64,000 nt of DNA from an uncultured Alphaproteobacteria bacterium (GCA_963749575.1 CAVVNM010000014.1:79603-143602); one strand, 5' to 3'. Counted from the stretch's first letter, positions 9,298 through 19,790 are shown. Notes: a model not told the origin generated them from the letters alone. A program made the numbers and translations.

Positions 9298-10254
9298 TCA
9301 GCGCGCGGCGATACTCGGCGCCGCGCTACCCTTGGGGTTGAGGAACAGGCCGTGCGGCGAGCGGCCGACCTCGATGGTCTGGTAGTCGCCGGTGGTCGGA
9401 TCCAGCACCGCGACCTTCTCGGCGAAGCGCCGCGTGATCCACAGCCGGCCGTCGGGCGCGAACGCGATGTCGTCCGGGCCGCCAGGGATCGGGTAGCTGC
9501 GGATCGGCGCCAGCGTGGCGGCATCGAGCGACGTGGTGGTGCCGCCGACCCGGTTGTTCACCCAGATGATCTTGCGGTCGGGCGAGAGGAACAGGTTGTG
9601 CGCACCCTTGCCGGTATGAATGCGCCCGGTCACGCGCCCGTCGGCCGGATCGACCACCGCCACATAGTCGGTACCCATGTCGGCGACCAGGACCTTGCCG
9701 TCGTGCCACAGCACCCCGGCCGGCGTCTTGCCGATCTTCGCGGTCCACAGGATGGCCAGTCGGGTCAGATCGATCGCCACCATGCTGTCGGTGCCTTGGA
9801 GGCTGACGAATACCCGCGAGGAGTCCGGCGCGTAGTCGAGGTGGCTCGGCATCGAGGCGATCGGGAACCGCTTCAGCAGCTGCATAGACGCGGCGTCGTA
9901 GACATCGACCTGGTTGCGGGCGAGGCCGTTGACCACCAGGAATTTGCCGTTCGGGCTGAACCCCAACTGGTAGGGATCGGCCATCGGCAGGCGCTTCTGC
10001 AAAGCGGCCGTCGCCGGATCGAGGAACAGCATCTCGTTGCCTACGGTGTCGCCGACCAGCAGGCTCCTGCCGTCCGGGCTGAGTGCGACGTGGTGCGGCT
10101 CACGCAGCACCGGGATGCGGCGCAGTTCCTTCTGCGACGACATGTCCACCAGGCTGATCGAGGCGCCGCCGGAGTTGATCACGAAGGCGAGGCCGGAGGC
10201 GGCGGCCGGGTACGCGATCAGCAGCGGCAGCAAGGCAGCCCAAATGAGGCGCAT
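9298..10254 (-). CDS. Secreted beta-propeller repeat protein (YVTN-like)
   Basis: Start at MRLIWAALLPLLIAYPAAASG (signal peptide, frame-checked). Repeated SPDG/APDG propeller blades. 3-nt gap to the downstream desaturase-family gene. Confidence 0.7.
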   Translation of the reverse strand: MRLIWAALLPLLIAYPAAASGLAFVINSGGASISLVDMSSQKELRRIPVLREPHHVALSPDGRSLLVGDTVGNEMLFLDPATAALQKRLPMADPYQLGFSPNGKFLVVNGLARNQVDVYDAASMQLLKRFPIASMPSHLDYAPDSSRVFVSLQGTDSMVAIDLTRLAILWTAKIGKTPAGVLWHDGKVLVADMGTDYVAVVDPADGRVTGRIHTGKGAHNLFLSPDRKIIWVNNRVGGTTTSLDAATLAPIRSYPIPGGPDDIAFAPDGRLWITRRFAEKVAVLDPTTGDYQTIEVGRSPHGLFLNPKGSAAPSIAAR

Positions 10255-10430
10255 AGGGCACGGCTCCGGCAATAATGGGGGTGGGTACGCCAACTCTCCA
10301 CGGTGTCGCAAGGCGGCTGGAGTCAAAGCGCCGCGTTGCCACTGGAACCAGTCGGGCGCGACATCGCCATATCGCGCCATCGCTGGAGATGGTTATGGTG
10401 CAGGGCACGCGACGAGAAAAGGGGATCAGC

Positions 10431-11048
10431 ATGCCTGGGTCTGGCCGGCGAACGCTGGAAGCACTCTTGGCAGCCTTGGTGGCGACGCTGTGTGCACCAC
10501 CTGGTGCATCGGGGCAGGCACCGGATCAACCCGTGCAACTTCCGACAGCTGACGTCACGGTGGTCTACCAGTTCGACAAGGTGCCAATGAATGGTCCGCA
10601 CAAGCTGACGGTCACCTACGCCGAGGCCGGGCAGCGGGTCCGGACCGACCTGTTCCGGTGGATCGAGGCGAAGTCTCCTTATCGGTCGACAATCTTCGAC
10701 CGCCCGGCAAACCGTCTGATTACTGTGGAACCCGAGAGCAGGTCGTACACCCAGTATGGCATCGGCAGTGCCGCCAATCCCGGAGAATTCATCAAGCCCG
10801 AGCTACATTTCAAGCGTGAGGGAACTGCCACGATAGCGCACGCCAAATGCACCGAGTGGGTGGTTGACGCAGTCGGCAAGACCAACGACGGAGACACGGC
10901 TTGTGTAAGCGACGATGGCGTCGTCCTCCGCCTGAGCTCCAAGAACCCGTCTGTCGCATCGCTGACTGCGACCGATGTTCACTATGGCGCGCCGCCGGAT
11001 GGCGAGTTCGACCCGCCGGCAGGCTATCGCAATCGGACGCCGCACTGA
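10431..11048 (+). CDS. Secreted hypothetical protein
   Basis: ATG with RBS aagggga. N-terminal signal-like LEALLAALVATLCAPPGASG. No family recognised; alternative start at 10389. Confidence 0.45.
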   Translation: MPGSGRRTLEALLAALVATLCAPPGASGQAPDQPVQLPTADVTVVYQFDKVPMNGPHKLTVTYAEAGQRVRTDLFRWIEAKSPYRSTIFDRPANRLITVEPESRSYTQYGIGSAANPGEFIKPELHFKREGTATIAHAKCTEWVVDAVGKTNDGDTACVSDDGVVLRLSSKNPSVASLTATDVHYGAPPDGEFDPPAGYRNRTPH

Positions 11049-11113
11049 CCGCGGCGCCGCCGGATTTCCCCGGCGCCTGAGCCGAGCGCCGGGGCGGGGC
11101 CTCCAAACAGCAA

Positions 11114-11136
11114 GACGGCCCCGAAGCGGGGCCGTC
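11114..11136. terminator. Bidirectional terminator-like hairpin
   Basis: gacggcccc-gaagc-ggggccgtc: 9-bp GC stem between two convergent genes. Confidence 0.45.
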
Positions 11137-11167
11137 CAGTTAGGCGTTGGTCAGGTGATCGACGTGA

Positions 11168-12061
11168 TCAGCTGCGCTTGCGACGGATCAGGCCCAATCC
11201 GACCAGGCCGATGCCCAGCAGGCCGAGCGAAGCCGGCTCGGGGGCAGCGAAGGTCTTCTGCAGCGCCTGGCCGCGGCTGATCAGCGAGGGGCAGGCAGCA
11301 ACGTTACCAGCAAGGCAGGCCGCATCGCCGCCAGGCAGGGTGAATTCGAACTGCAGCGTCATGCTGTAGAGCCCAGTGTCCGTCACCGGTCCCGCGAAGT
11401 TAAAGGAGTACCAGTTGGGGCTCCCTGTGTCGACGAACAGCGGGCTCGTGTCCAACAGCACGCCAGGCGACGCACAGGTGTTTCCCGGAGCGCACGCACC
11501 CGCCCCCGCGCCCTGGCCGTCGGTCGGATCATCATACCAGCGATTGATCATGGTGCCGCCGACTGCATCTTGGAAAGTGCCGCTGCCCGACGCAGCGAAA
11601 CCGTTCCTCGGGCCTGCGAAGCCGGTCGCGCTGACGGCAACTGTGACCGTCACGGCAGTCGCGTTGGTGTTGGTGACGCTCAGCGAGGAGCTGTTCAGGA
11701 TCTCAGTCGACCCGCTCAGCAGTGCGGTCGAGAGCGAGCCGGAGACCAGGACCCCGCCAGCGTTTACAGGGGTTAGACCACCGATCAGCAGCGAGTTGAG
11801 AGCGGGATCTTGATCGGCCGTGGTGACCGGCGGGCTGACGACGGTAACCTGATCCTGGGCGAACAGCTGCACGCCGTTCACATCGGCGGTAAGCTGCAGC
11901 GTCGCGTGCGCCTGCGACGTCAAACCAACGGCTCCGGCACCGAATGCAGCGGCACCGACCAAACCCAGACCTAGTAGCTTGCGGATCGGTCTCGTAGGTA
12001 GCTCCTCCAATGCGGTTGCCGGATTTCGGCGCCGCGATGCACGAAGGGATGATGCAATCAC
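11168..12061 (-). CDS. PEP-CTERM sorting-domain protein
   Basis: C-terminus AAPEPASLGLLGIGLVGLGLIRRKRS is PEP, then a TM helix, then a basic tail. N-terminal signal ends ...SQAHA. Thr/Gly/Ser-rich body. True start may be downstream of 12061. Confidence 0.75.
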   Translation of the reverse strand: MIASSLRASRRRNPATALEELPTRPIRKLLGLGLVGAAAFGAGAVGLTSQAHATLQLTADVNGVQLFAQDQVTVVSPPVTTADQDPALNSLLIGGLTPVNAGGVLVSGSLSTALLSGSTEILNSSSLSVTNTNATAVTVTVAVSATGFAGPRNGFAASGSGTFQDAVGGTMINRWYDDPTDGQGAGAGACAPGNTCASPGVLLDTSPLFVDTGSPNWYSFNFAGPVTDTGLYSMTLQFEFTLPGGDAACLAGNVAACPSLISRGQALQKTFAAPEPASLGLLGIGLVGLGLIRRKRS

Positions 12062-12243
12062 CGTGCCACGACTAGAAGTTGGCTTATATCAGCGGGTTAC
12101 AGACGGCGAAACCGCTGCCTTTCCGAGAGATTGTAAAATCTGCCGACAGCGCAACCCGCGGGTCGCCTGCTGCGGCGCGGTGAGGTTCCGGGAACGGCCG
12201 GGCGTCTATCGCTCCGGCCGCGGCGCAGCGCGCTGACCAAGGC

Positions 12244-13635
12244 TCACCGTGCGTTCGTCGCCTGAGCCAGCGGATTGTCTGCCGCACCTCGCCCCCGACC
12301 CCGCGCGAACACGCCCGTCGCGAAAGTGAAAAACACGCAGGCGGTGGTCGCGATCAGCACGTTGTCGGTATAGGCGTGCACGGCGAAGCCAACGAACACC
12401 AGCCGCATGATCACCTTGTCGGTCCGACACAACCGACGCGTGTGCCCCACCACCCACAGCACGAACAGCACGATCAGCAATCCGCGGCCAAGCTGCCCGC
12501 CCTCCACTGAAATCCTCAGATATTCGTTGTGCGCCGCCCAGCTCTGAATGATCCGCGCCAGTGCGCTGTCGGGCGGGATGATCGCATTGCCCGCCCCGAC
12601 CCCCCAGCCGAACCAGGGCGCCGCCGCCGCCGCCTGCTCGAACGGCGGCCAGAGCAGGTCGCGACCGCTGAAATTGCCGGCCTCGCTGTTCAGCACGTTG
12701 AACAGCCGCACCATCGACAGCTGCGGGGCCAGCGCTGCCAGCGGCGGCAGCAGGCAGGCGGCCAGCAGCAGGGGCAGGACGCGGCGGCGCCGCGGGAACG
12801 CGTCGGAGCGGACAAAGCCGAGGGTCAGGCCGGTCACCGCGGTCGCACCGACCAGCGGCGCCCGCGCCCCGGTCAGCACCAGGATCAGGAAATTCGCCGC
12901 CAGCAGCGGCAGCCAGCGCGACCGTCCGTCGCGATAGAGCTCGATCAGGCAGGCATAGATCGCGGCGAGGCAGATGCCCGCGAGGAATGCCGGGTGACCG
13001 AGGCCGGCCAGCCGCTGGCCGCCGCTGTCGACGAACGCCGCGCGCAGGCCCAGCAGGTCGAGCACCACGCCGCCGGCCACCGAGAGCAGCGGGATCCAGG
13101 CGGTGGCGCGCACCACCGCATTGCCCCAGCCGGGCGACAGTCGGCTGAATGCGAACGCGAACGGAGCCACCGAACCCAGCAGCGAACGCAGGCTGTCGGC
13201 CGGCGTCAGGTCTGGGTGCAGTCCGTGCGCCAATCCGGCAATGAACATCGCCAGGAACGCCAGGCCGGGATTGAACACATCGGCATAGAACCCGTAGCGC
13301 ACGATGCACAGCAGTGCGAGGCCGAGTTCGCCTGCCTTCACCGCCGCTATCGTGGCCTGGTACGCGCCGGGGCCCACGATGTCGCCCAGGGTCATTTCCA
13401 AGGTCGCGCCGGCGATCAGCAGCCAGGCGACGCAGACGGCGACCAGATGACGAAATGCCAGGATGCCGGTCGCGGCGGCGGCGAATATCGCAAGCGGCAC
13501 CCAGAACCAGCTCGGCGCAAGCATCGCGGCGGCGGTGGCGGCGGCGAAGGCGCCGCCGATCGCGAGCAGCACCGGTCGGCTCCGATCAGCCTGAGCGGAC
13601 CAGGGTGTCGGCAGCGGGATCGCCATGGCCGGCAT
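12244..13635 (-). CDS. O-antigen ligase/polymerase (Wzy_C) family membrane protein
   Basis: 463 aa, polytopic. Wzy_C-like motif WAAHNEYLRISVEGGQLG. Confidence 0.7.
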   Translation of the reverse strand: MPAMAIPLPTPWSAQADRSRPVLLAIGGAFAAATAAAMLAPSWFWVPLAIFAAAATGILAFRHLVAVCVAWLLIAGATLEMTLGDIVGPGAYQATIAAVKAGELGLALLCIVRYGFYADVFNPGLAFLAMFIAGLAHGLHPDLTPADSLRSLLGSVAPFAFAFSRLSPGWGNAVVRATAWIPLLSVAGGVVLDLLGLRAAFVDSGGQRLAGLGHPAFLAGICLAAIYACLIELYRDGRSRWLPLLAANFLILVLTGARAPLVGATAVTGLTLGFVRSDAFPRRRRVLPLLLAACLLPPLAALAPQLSMVRLFNVLNSEAGNFSGRDLLWPPFEQAAAAAPWFGWGVGAGNAIIPPDSALARIIQSWAAHNEYLRISVEGGQLGRGLLIVLFVLWVVGHTRRLCRTDKVIMRLVFVGFAVHAYTDNVLIATTACVFFTFATGVFARGRGRGAADNPLAQATNAR

Positions 13636-13752
13636 GCCAGCACGAAATCCCTAAGATTCTCCCCCTCGCCGCCCCTCGCCGGGCGGACGGGGGAGTATTC
13701 TTGTCGCGCACACTTGCTCTACGCTCACCGCAACAGCCGGGGGGAACGGACG

Positions 13753-14673
13753 ATGAGCGAATTGCGGGTGGTGGCGACGGGTCTGTGTTTTCCCGAGGGG
13801 CCGGTGGCCATGGCCGACGGCTCGGTCGTCCTGGGCGAGATCGAGCGCCAGACCGTCAGCCGCGTGCTGCCGGACGGCACGGTGCAGGTGATCGCCCGCA
13901 CCGGCGGCGGTCCGAACGGCTTGGCGGTGGGGCCGGACGGTGCCTGCTACGTCTGCAACAACGGCGGCTTCGCCTGGCGGCTGGAGGAGAACCTGTTCCG
14001 CCCGGCCGCGGCGTCATCCGACTACGTCGGCGGCAGCATCCAACGGGTAGATCCGAACACCGCCGTGGTCAGCGTGCTGTACGACCGCTGCGGCGCCAAC
14101 AAGCTGAACGGGCCGAACGACATCGTGTTCGACGCCCATGGCGGCTTCTATTTCACCGACCTCGGCAAGACCCGCGCGCGTGATCGCGACAACGGCGTGA
14201 TCTACTACGCGCTGGCGGACGGCTCGAGGATCGTCGAGGTCGCGTATCCCGCGCTGACCCCGAACGGCATCGGCCTGTCGCCGGACGGCGCGGTGCTCTA
14301 CGTCGCCGAGACCGAGCCGGCGCGGCTGTGGGCGTTCGACATCGACACGCCGGGGGTGGTGAAGAAGCATGGATGGCCGTCACCGCATGGCGGCCGGCTG
14401 GTCATCGGACTGCCTGGGTTGCAGCGGTTCGACAGCCTCGCGGTGGCGGCTTCCGGCAACATCTGCGTCGCGACGCTGATCACCGGCTGCATCAGCGTGA
14501 TCGCGCCGGACGGACGGCTGGTGCGGCAGGTGGCGATGCCCGATCCGGTGACGACCAACATCTGCTTCGGCGGAGCGGACCTGCGGACCGCGTACGTCAC
14601 GCTTTCAGGCACCGGCCAGCTGGTCGCCATGGAATGGCCCGAGCCGGGGCTGCCCATGGCGTACCACACCTGA
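13753..14673 (+). CDS. SMP-30/gluconolactonase/LRE family protein
   Basis: Start at MSELRVVATGLCFPEGP (frame-checked). The long upstream extension of the ORF is antisense to the ligase gene. Motifs NGPNDIVFD and PNGIGLSPDG. Confidence 0.8.
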   Translation: MSELRVVATGLCFPEGPVAMADGSVVLGEIERQTVSRVLPDGTVQVIARTGGGPNGLAVGPDGACYVCNNGGFAWRLEENLFRPAAASSDYVGGSIQRVDPNTAVVSVLYDRCGANKLNGPNDIVFDAHGGFYFTDLGKTRARDRDNGVIYYALADGSRIVEVAYPALTPNGIGLSPDGAVLYVAETEPARLWAFDIDTPGVVKKHGWPSPHGGRLVIGLPGLQRFDSLAVAASGNICVATLITGCISVIAPDGRLVRQVAMPDPVTTNICFGGADLRTAYVTLSGTGQLVAMEWPEPGLPMAYHT

Positions 14674-15072
14674 TCACTGTTCGTAGGCCAGGAAGCGGAT
14701 GATCTTCCAGCTGCCGTCGGGCTGGCGGGCGAACACGTCGGCTCGCAGCGTCGAGTGCCAGACCAGCCGCACGATGGCGAGATCGCCGGAGACCAGCACC
14801 TCGTTGATGCTCACGCTGTAGGACAAGCGTCGCGTCGGCTGGTCGAGCGCGCGGTGCAGCTGAGCGCACATGGCGGCATAGTCGCGCTCCGGCGCGCCGC
14901 GGAAATCGAAGCGCAGGGTGGGCGCGAACAGGCCGCAGATCCGGTCGGCCCGCCCGGCGTTGAAGTCGTCCATCCAGGTGAGCAGCGCGGCGCGGATGGT
15001 CGCCGCATCATCCTGGTGGGCCGGAGCGGCGCAGGACGTCACGCCGAGCAGCAGCGCGACGGCAAGGCGCAA
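14674..15072 (-). CDS. NTF2-fold (SnoaL-like/DUF4440) protein with signal peptide
   Basis: 132 aa. Signal MRLAVALLLGVTSCAAPA; NTF2-like pattern ...WMDDFNAGRADRI...DGSWKIIRF. Confidence 0.55.
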   Translation of the reverse strand: MRLAVALLLGVTSCAAPAHQDDAATIRAALLTWMDDFNAGRADRICGLFAPTLRFDFRGAPERDYAAMCAQLHRALDQPTRRLSYSVSINEVLVSGDLAIVRLVWHSTLRADVFARQPDGSWKIIRFLAYEQ

Positions 15073-15073
15073 G

Positions 15074-16319
15074 CTACGGCGCCCGCACCAGCCGGTGATG
15101 CTTGCGGCCCGCCGACAGCTTGATGACGTCGTCGTGCAGGTCGGCGATCGTCACCGTGTGGCCCTCATCGCTAACCGGCGCGTCGTTGATCCGCGCCCCG
15201 CCGCCGCGGATCAGCCGGCGCGCTTCGCCGTTGCTTCCGGCCAGGCCGGCCAGGGCGAACAGGCGGAACGCGGGAATGCCGGCGGCAAGCTCGCTGCGCG
15301 GCACATCGACGCTGGGCAGCGTATCCGCCGCCTCGCCTTCCTCGAACGCCAGCCGCGCGGTCTCCGCGGCATCGGCAGCAGCATCGGCGCCGTGCGCCAG
15401 CCGCGTCGCCTCGGTCGCCAGCAGCTTCTTCGCCTCGTTGATCTCCGCCCCGCCGAGAGCCTCCAGCCGGGCGATCTCGGCCAGCGGCAGGTCGGTGAAC
15501 AGACGCAGGAAGCGGCCGACATCCTCGTCCTCGGTATTGCGCCAGAACTGCCAGTACTCGTAGGGCGACAGCCCGGTCGCTGGTCAGCCACACCGCGCCC
15601 TGCGCGGTTTTGCCCATCTTGGCGCCCGACGCGGTGGCGATCAGCGGCGTGGTCAGGCCATACACCGTCTTGTTGTCGGTGCGCCGCGTCAGGTCGATGC
15701 CGCAGACGATGTTGCCCCACTGGTCCGAGCCACCGATCTGCAGCGTCACGCCATGGCGGCGGTTCAGCTCGCGGAAGTCGTAGCTCTGCAGGATCATGTA
15801 GTTGAATTCGAGGAAGGTCAGCGGATGCTCGCGGTCCAGCCTGATCCGCACCGAGTTGAAGCTCAGCATGCGGTTGACGGTGAAATGCGTGCCGACCTCG
15901 CGCAGCAGCGGGATGTAGCCGAGCGCGCTCAGCCAGTCGTCGTTGTTGGCGGTGAGCGCGTCGGACGGGCCGTCGCCGAAGCGCAGGAACGGATCGAAGC
16001 AGCGGCGGATGCCGGCCATGTTGGCGGCGATCTGCTCGTCGGTGAGCAGCTGCCGCGTCTCGTCCTTGCCGGAGGGATCGCCGATCCGCGTGGTGCCGCC
16101 GCCCATCAGCACCAGCGGCCGATGGCCATGGCGCTGCAGCAGGCGCAGAATCATGATCTGCACCAGGCTGCCGACATGCAGGCTGTCGGCGGTGCAGTCG
16201 AAGCCGATATAGGCGGTCACGGTGCCGGCACGCAGCGCGGCGTCCAGCCCCTCGGGGTCGGTGCACTGAAACACAAAGCCGCGCTCGGTGGCTTCCTGGA
16301 GGAATTCGCTGTTGGCCAT
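15074..16319 (-). pseudogene. tyrS: Tyrosine--tRNA ligase, reading frame broken by one apparent extra base near 15572-15574 (probably a consensus error)
   Basis: The N-terminal 240+ aa (ORF 15171..16319) stop matching at ...GAVWLTSDR. The sequence continues as [12 protein letters not shown]... through the S4-like C-terminus in the frame of ORF 15074..15304. Length minus 1 nt gives 415 codons. Confidence 0.9.
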
Positions 16320-16356
16320 GGTGTGTGTCGGCTAGCACAGACACGGACGGGGGAAA

Positions 16357-17433
16357 ATGCTGCGCACGATCGGACTGATGAGCGGAACCTCGCTGGACGG
16401 CGTCGACGCCGCCTGGCTGGAGACCGACGGCGAGCGGATCGGCGCATTCGGGCCGACGCTGACGCTGCCGTACGACGATCGGCTGCGCGCCGATCTGCGC
16501 CACATCCTGGACCATGCGCCGACGCTGGACCCGGACGACCCGCAGCTGAACAGCGCGGTGGCGCGGCTGACGGATTACCACGTGCGCGCGGTGGCCGCGA
16601 TCGGACGACCGGCGGACCTGATCGGCTTCCACGGCCAGACCATCCTGCACCAGCCGGACCGGCGACGGACCTGGCAGATCGGCGACGCCGCCGAACTCGC
16701 CAGGCGCACCGGCATCCCGGTGGCGCACGACTTCCGCGCCGCGGACGTGGCGGCGGGCGGACAGGGCGCACCGCTTGCGCCGGTCTATCACGCAGCGCTG
16801 GCGCGCGATGTGGCGAAGCCGCTGGCGGTGCTGAACATCGGCGGCGTGGCGAACGTCACCTGGATCGGCGCCGACGCCGAGCTGGTCGCCTTCGATACCG
16901 GTCCGGGCAACGGACCGCTGGACGACTGGACCGCACGCCACGCCGGCGCCGCCTTCGACCGCGATGGCGCGCTCGCCAGGTCGGGCCGGACGGTTGACGT
17001 GGTGTTGGACCGGTTGCTGGCGGACCCGTACTTCTCGCGGCCGCCGCCGAAATCGCTCGACCGGCTGGATTTCGCCGCCTCGCTCGCCACGAGCGGCCTC
17101 GAGCGCCTGTCACCGGCCGACGGTGCGGCAACACTGGTGGCGTTCATCGCCGCCGCGGTCGCCGCCGCCGCGCTGCCGGCACCGCCGGCACGGTGGTTGG
17201 TCACCGGCGGCGGGCGACATAATCCCGCGATCATGGTGGCGCTGCGGGCCCGGCTGGGTGTGCCGGTCGACCCGGTGGAGGCCATGGGCTGGGACGGCGA
17301 TGCGATCGAGGCGCAATGCTTCGGCTTCCTCGCCGCGCGCACCCGCGCCGGGCTGCCAATCAGCTTCCCCGGCACCACCGGCGCGCCGCACCCGATGACC
17401 GGCGGCAGGATGGCCGAACCCGGCAGAGCGTGA
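16357..17433 (+). CDS. anmK: Anhydro-N-acetylmuramic acid kinase
   Basis: 358 aa. N-terminus GLMSGTSLDGVDAA is typical of AnmK. Divergent from tyrS. Confidence 0.9.
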   Translation: MLRTIGLMSGTSLDGVDAAWLETDGERIGAFGPTLTLPYDDRLRADLRHILDHAPTLDPDDPQLNSAVARLTDYHVRAVAAIGRPADLIGFHGQTILHQPDRRRTWQIGDAAELARRTGIPVAHDFRAADVAAGGQGAPLAPVYHAALARDVAKPLAVLNIGGVANVTWIGADAELVAFDTGPGNGPLDDWTARHAGAAFDRDGALARSGRTVDVVLDRLLADPYFSRPPPKSLDRLDFAASLATSGLERLSPADGAATLVAFIAAAVAAAALPAPPARWLVTGGGRHNPAIMVALRARLGVPVDPVEAMGWDGDAIEAQCFGFLAARTRAGLPISFPGTTGAPHPMTGGRMAEPGRA

Positions 17434-18689
17434 TGCCCCGACCCGGACCACAGGCAAGGCTCTGGCTGGTCACCTTCGGCATGGCGGCGGTGATCATCTA
17501 TGGCTCGCTGTATCCGTTCGAGTTCCGGGTCCCGCCGGGCGGCGTTGGACCGCTGGCAACCTTGCTGGGCAGCGTCTGGGATCGGCCAAGCCGGAGCGAT
17601 GCGGTGGCCAACGTCCTGTTGTACATGCCGTTCGGCTGCTTCTTCCTGCTTGGTTCCCGCGGCGCCTCCCGCCGGCTCGGAGTACTCGCACTCGCCACCG
17701 CGATCGGCGGTCTGATGTCGCTGAGCATGGAGCTGACCCAGTACTATGATGTCGGACGCGTCACGAACTTCAGCGACCTGGTCACCAATACTCTCGGCAC
17801 GCTGCTGGGCGGTCTCGTTGCAATCGCGATCGGCGCGAGCTTCCGGGTGCCGTTGCTCGGTGAAGTGACCGCGCGTCCCGTCCCGGCTCTGCTGATCCTG
17901 TCATGGCTGGCCTATCGTCTGTATCCGTATGTGCCGACGATCGATCTGCACAAGTACTGGAATGCGCTGAAGCCGGTCGTGCTGACGCCGTCGCTCACCG
18001 GCTACGACCTGTTCCGCCAGACCGCGGTCTGGCTCACTCTCTACGCGCTGGTCGAGGCGGTGCTACGCCGGCGGTGGTCCGCGTTCGTCGCGCCGCTGTT
18101 CGCGATCGCCGCGATGAGCGCCCAGGTGATGATTGTCGACCTTGGTCTCAGGCTGGCGGAACCGGTCGGCGCCGCTCTGGCATTCGGGATCTGGCTGCTG
18201 CTCCTGCTGGTGGCTCCCGCACGGTTGCGGACCGGCGCGGCCGCACTGGCGCTGTGCTGCTACGTCGTCGCGCTGCGGCTGGAACCGTTCACGTTCCAGA
18301 CCGTCGGGCACCAATTCGGCTGGATCCCGTTCCTCGGCATGATGCAGGGTTCGCTGACGGTCGATACTTTGGCGTTCCTGGAGAAGTTCTTCCTGTACGG
18401 CAGCATGATCTATCTGATCGGCGATGTCCTCGGCCGCCGGCTGCCGGCAGCCCTGCTCACGGCCGCGCTGTTGTTCGCGACCAGCTGGGCCGAGACCCGG
18501 CTTCCCGGACGCTCGGCGGAGATCACCGATACGGTCATGGCGCTGACGATCGCGGCCATTTTCGCGCTGCTCGGGCCCGAGCGGGATGGCGGTTCGGCAC
18601 CTGCCGCCGCCCGGCTCACCGCCCGCGAACGGCGGGTGCGCGACTGGCAACGCGAGCAGGCGCGGGCACTGGGGGTGGAATTGGATTGA
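17433..18689 (+). CDS. VanZ-family membrane protein with long polytopic C-terminal extension
   Basis: ATG overlaps the anmK stop (TGATG). VanZ-like N-terminal part (IYGSLYPFEF, NVLLYMPFG, SMELTQYYDVGR, DLVTNTLG) followed by several further TM segments; 418 aa. Confidence 0.65.
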   Translation: MPRPGPQARLWLVTFGMAAVIIYGSLYPFEFRVPPGGVGPLATLLGSVWDRPSRSDAVANVLLYMPFGCFFLLGSRGASRRLGVLALATAIGGLMSLSMELTQYYDVGRVTNFSDLVTNTLGTLLGGLVAIAIGASFRVPLLGEVTARPVPALLILSWLAYRLYPYVPTIDLHKYWNALKPVVLTPSLTGYDLFRQTAVWLTLYALVEAVLRRRWSAFVAPLFAIAAMSAQVMIVDLGLRLAEPVGAALAFGIWLLLLLVAPARLRTGAAALALCCYVVALRLEPFTFQTVGHQFGWIPFLGMMQGSLTVDTLAFLEKFFLYGSMIYLIGDVLGRRLPAALLTAALLFATSWAETRLPGRSAEITDTVMALTIAAIFALLGPERDGGSAPAAARLTARERRVRDWQREQARALGVELD

Positions 18690-18780
18690 TCCCGGTCGCG
18701 GCCGCCGAAATGCGGTTCTGCCGCCTCACGGTCCAGGCAACGTCGCGTGCGCTCCGCCGCCTGCTGGCGGACAGTCCGGC

Positions 18781-19446
<666 letters not shown>

Positions 19447-19790
19447 GGCGTCCCGAAACCGCTTTCCTGTCGAAGCAGCAGACCCGAGGCGAGGCCCCCC
19501 TGGCCTCGGTCGCTCCCGCCGCATAAGCCTGTTAGCCCTGCTCCCCGCGCTCGATCGGGTATCACAGTAGAATGGTAACGCATCCCCTGCTTTTCAGTTC
19601 CGCGTGAATTCTTGACCTCTGCGGTCGGAATATCTAGCTTCATGCGGAGCGGCAATGGTGCCGCAAGGTTTGCTTCCTCCTACTGTCAGTTCGGCCCCCC
19701 GACCGACCGGCCCCCCGGGATTGGGCTCCAGTTCCCAGGGTTCGCATACTATAGAGTAGAAGCTTGGCTACTCCATAATGGAATTGTCGC

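Noticed and set aside
8410-10275. Very long ORFs antisense to well-supported genes. Examples: 8410..10275 (+), 15211..16941 (-), 22190..23740 (-), 29217..31427 (-), 33813..35711 (-), 48344..50962 (-), 51525..53330 upstream part.
   Set aside because: All overlap genes with clear family signatures on the other strand or frame. Their translations are dominated by Arg, Ala, Gly and Pro, as expected for random open frames in high-GC DNA.
12529-13752. N-terminal 408-aa extension of the gluconolactonase-family ORF (714 aa in the track).
   Set aside because: The extension is antisense to the O-antigen-ligase-family gene and is compositional junk. Family similarity starts at MSELRVV (13753), which follows a plausible intergenic gap.
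15560-15590. Programmed ribosomal frameshifting as an explanation for the tyrS break and the other single-base breaks.
   Set aside because: There is no slippery heptamer or stimulatory structure shared among the sites. About 20 unrelated genes are affected, and none belongs to a family known to use recoding.
19447-19790. A known riboswitch (SAM-II or another sulfur-related class) upstream of cysE.
   Set aside because: I could not find the consensus features of any class I know. It is kept only as a generic candidate leader in the findings.
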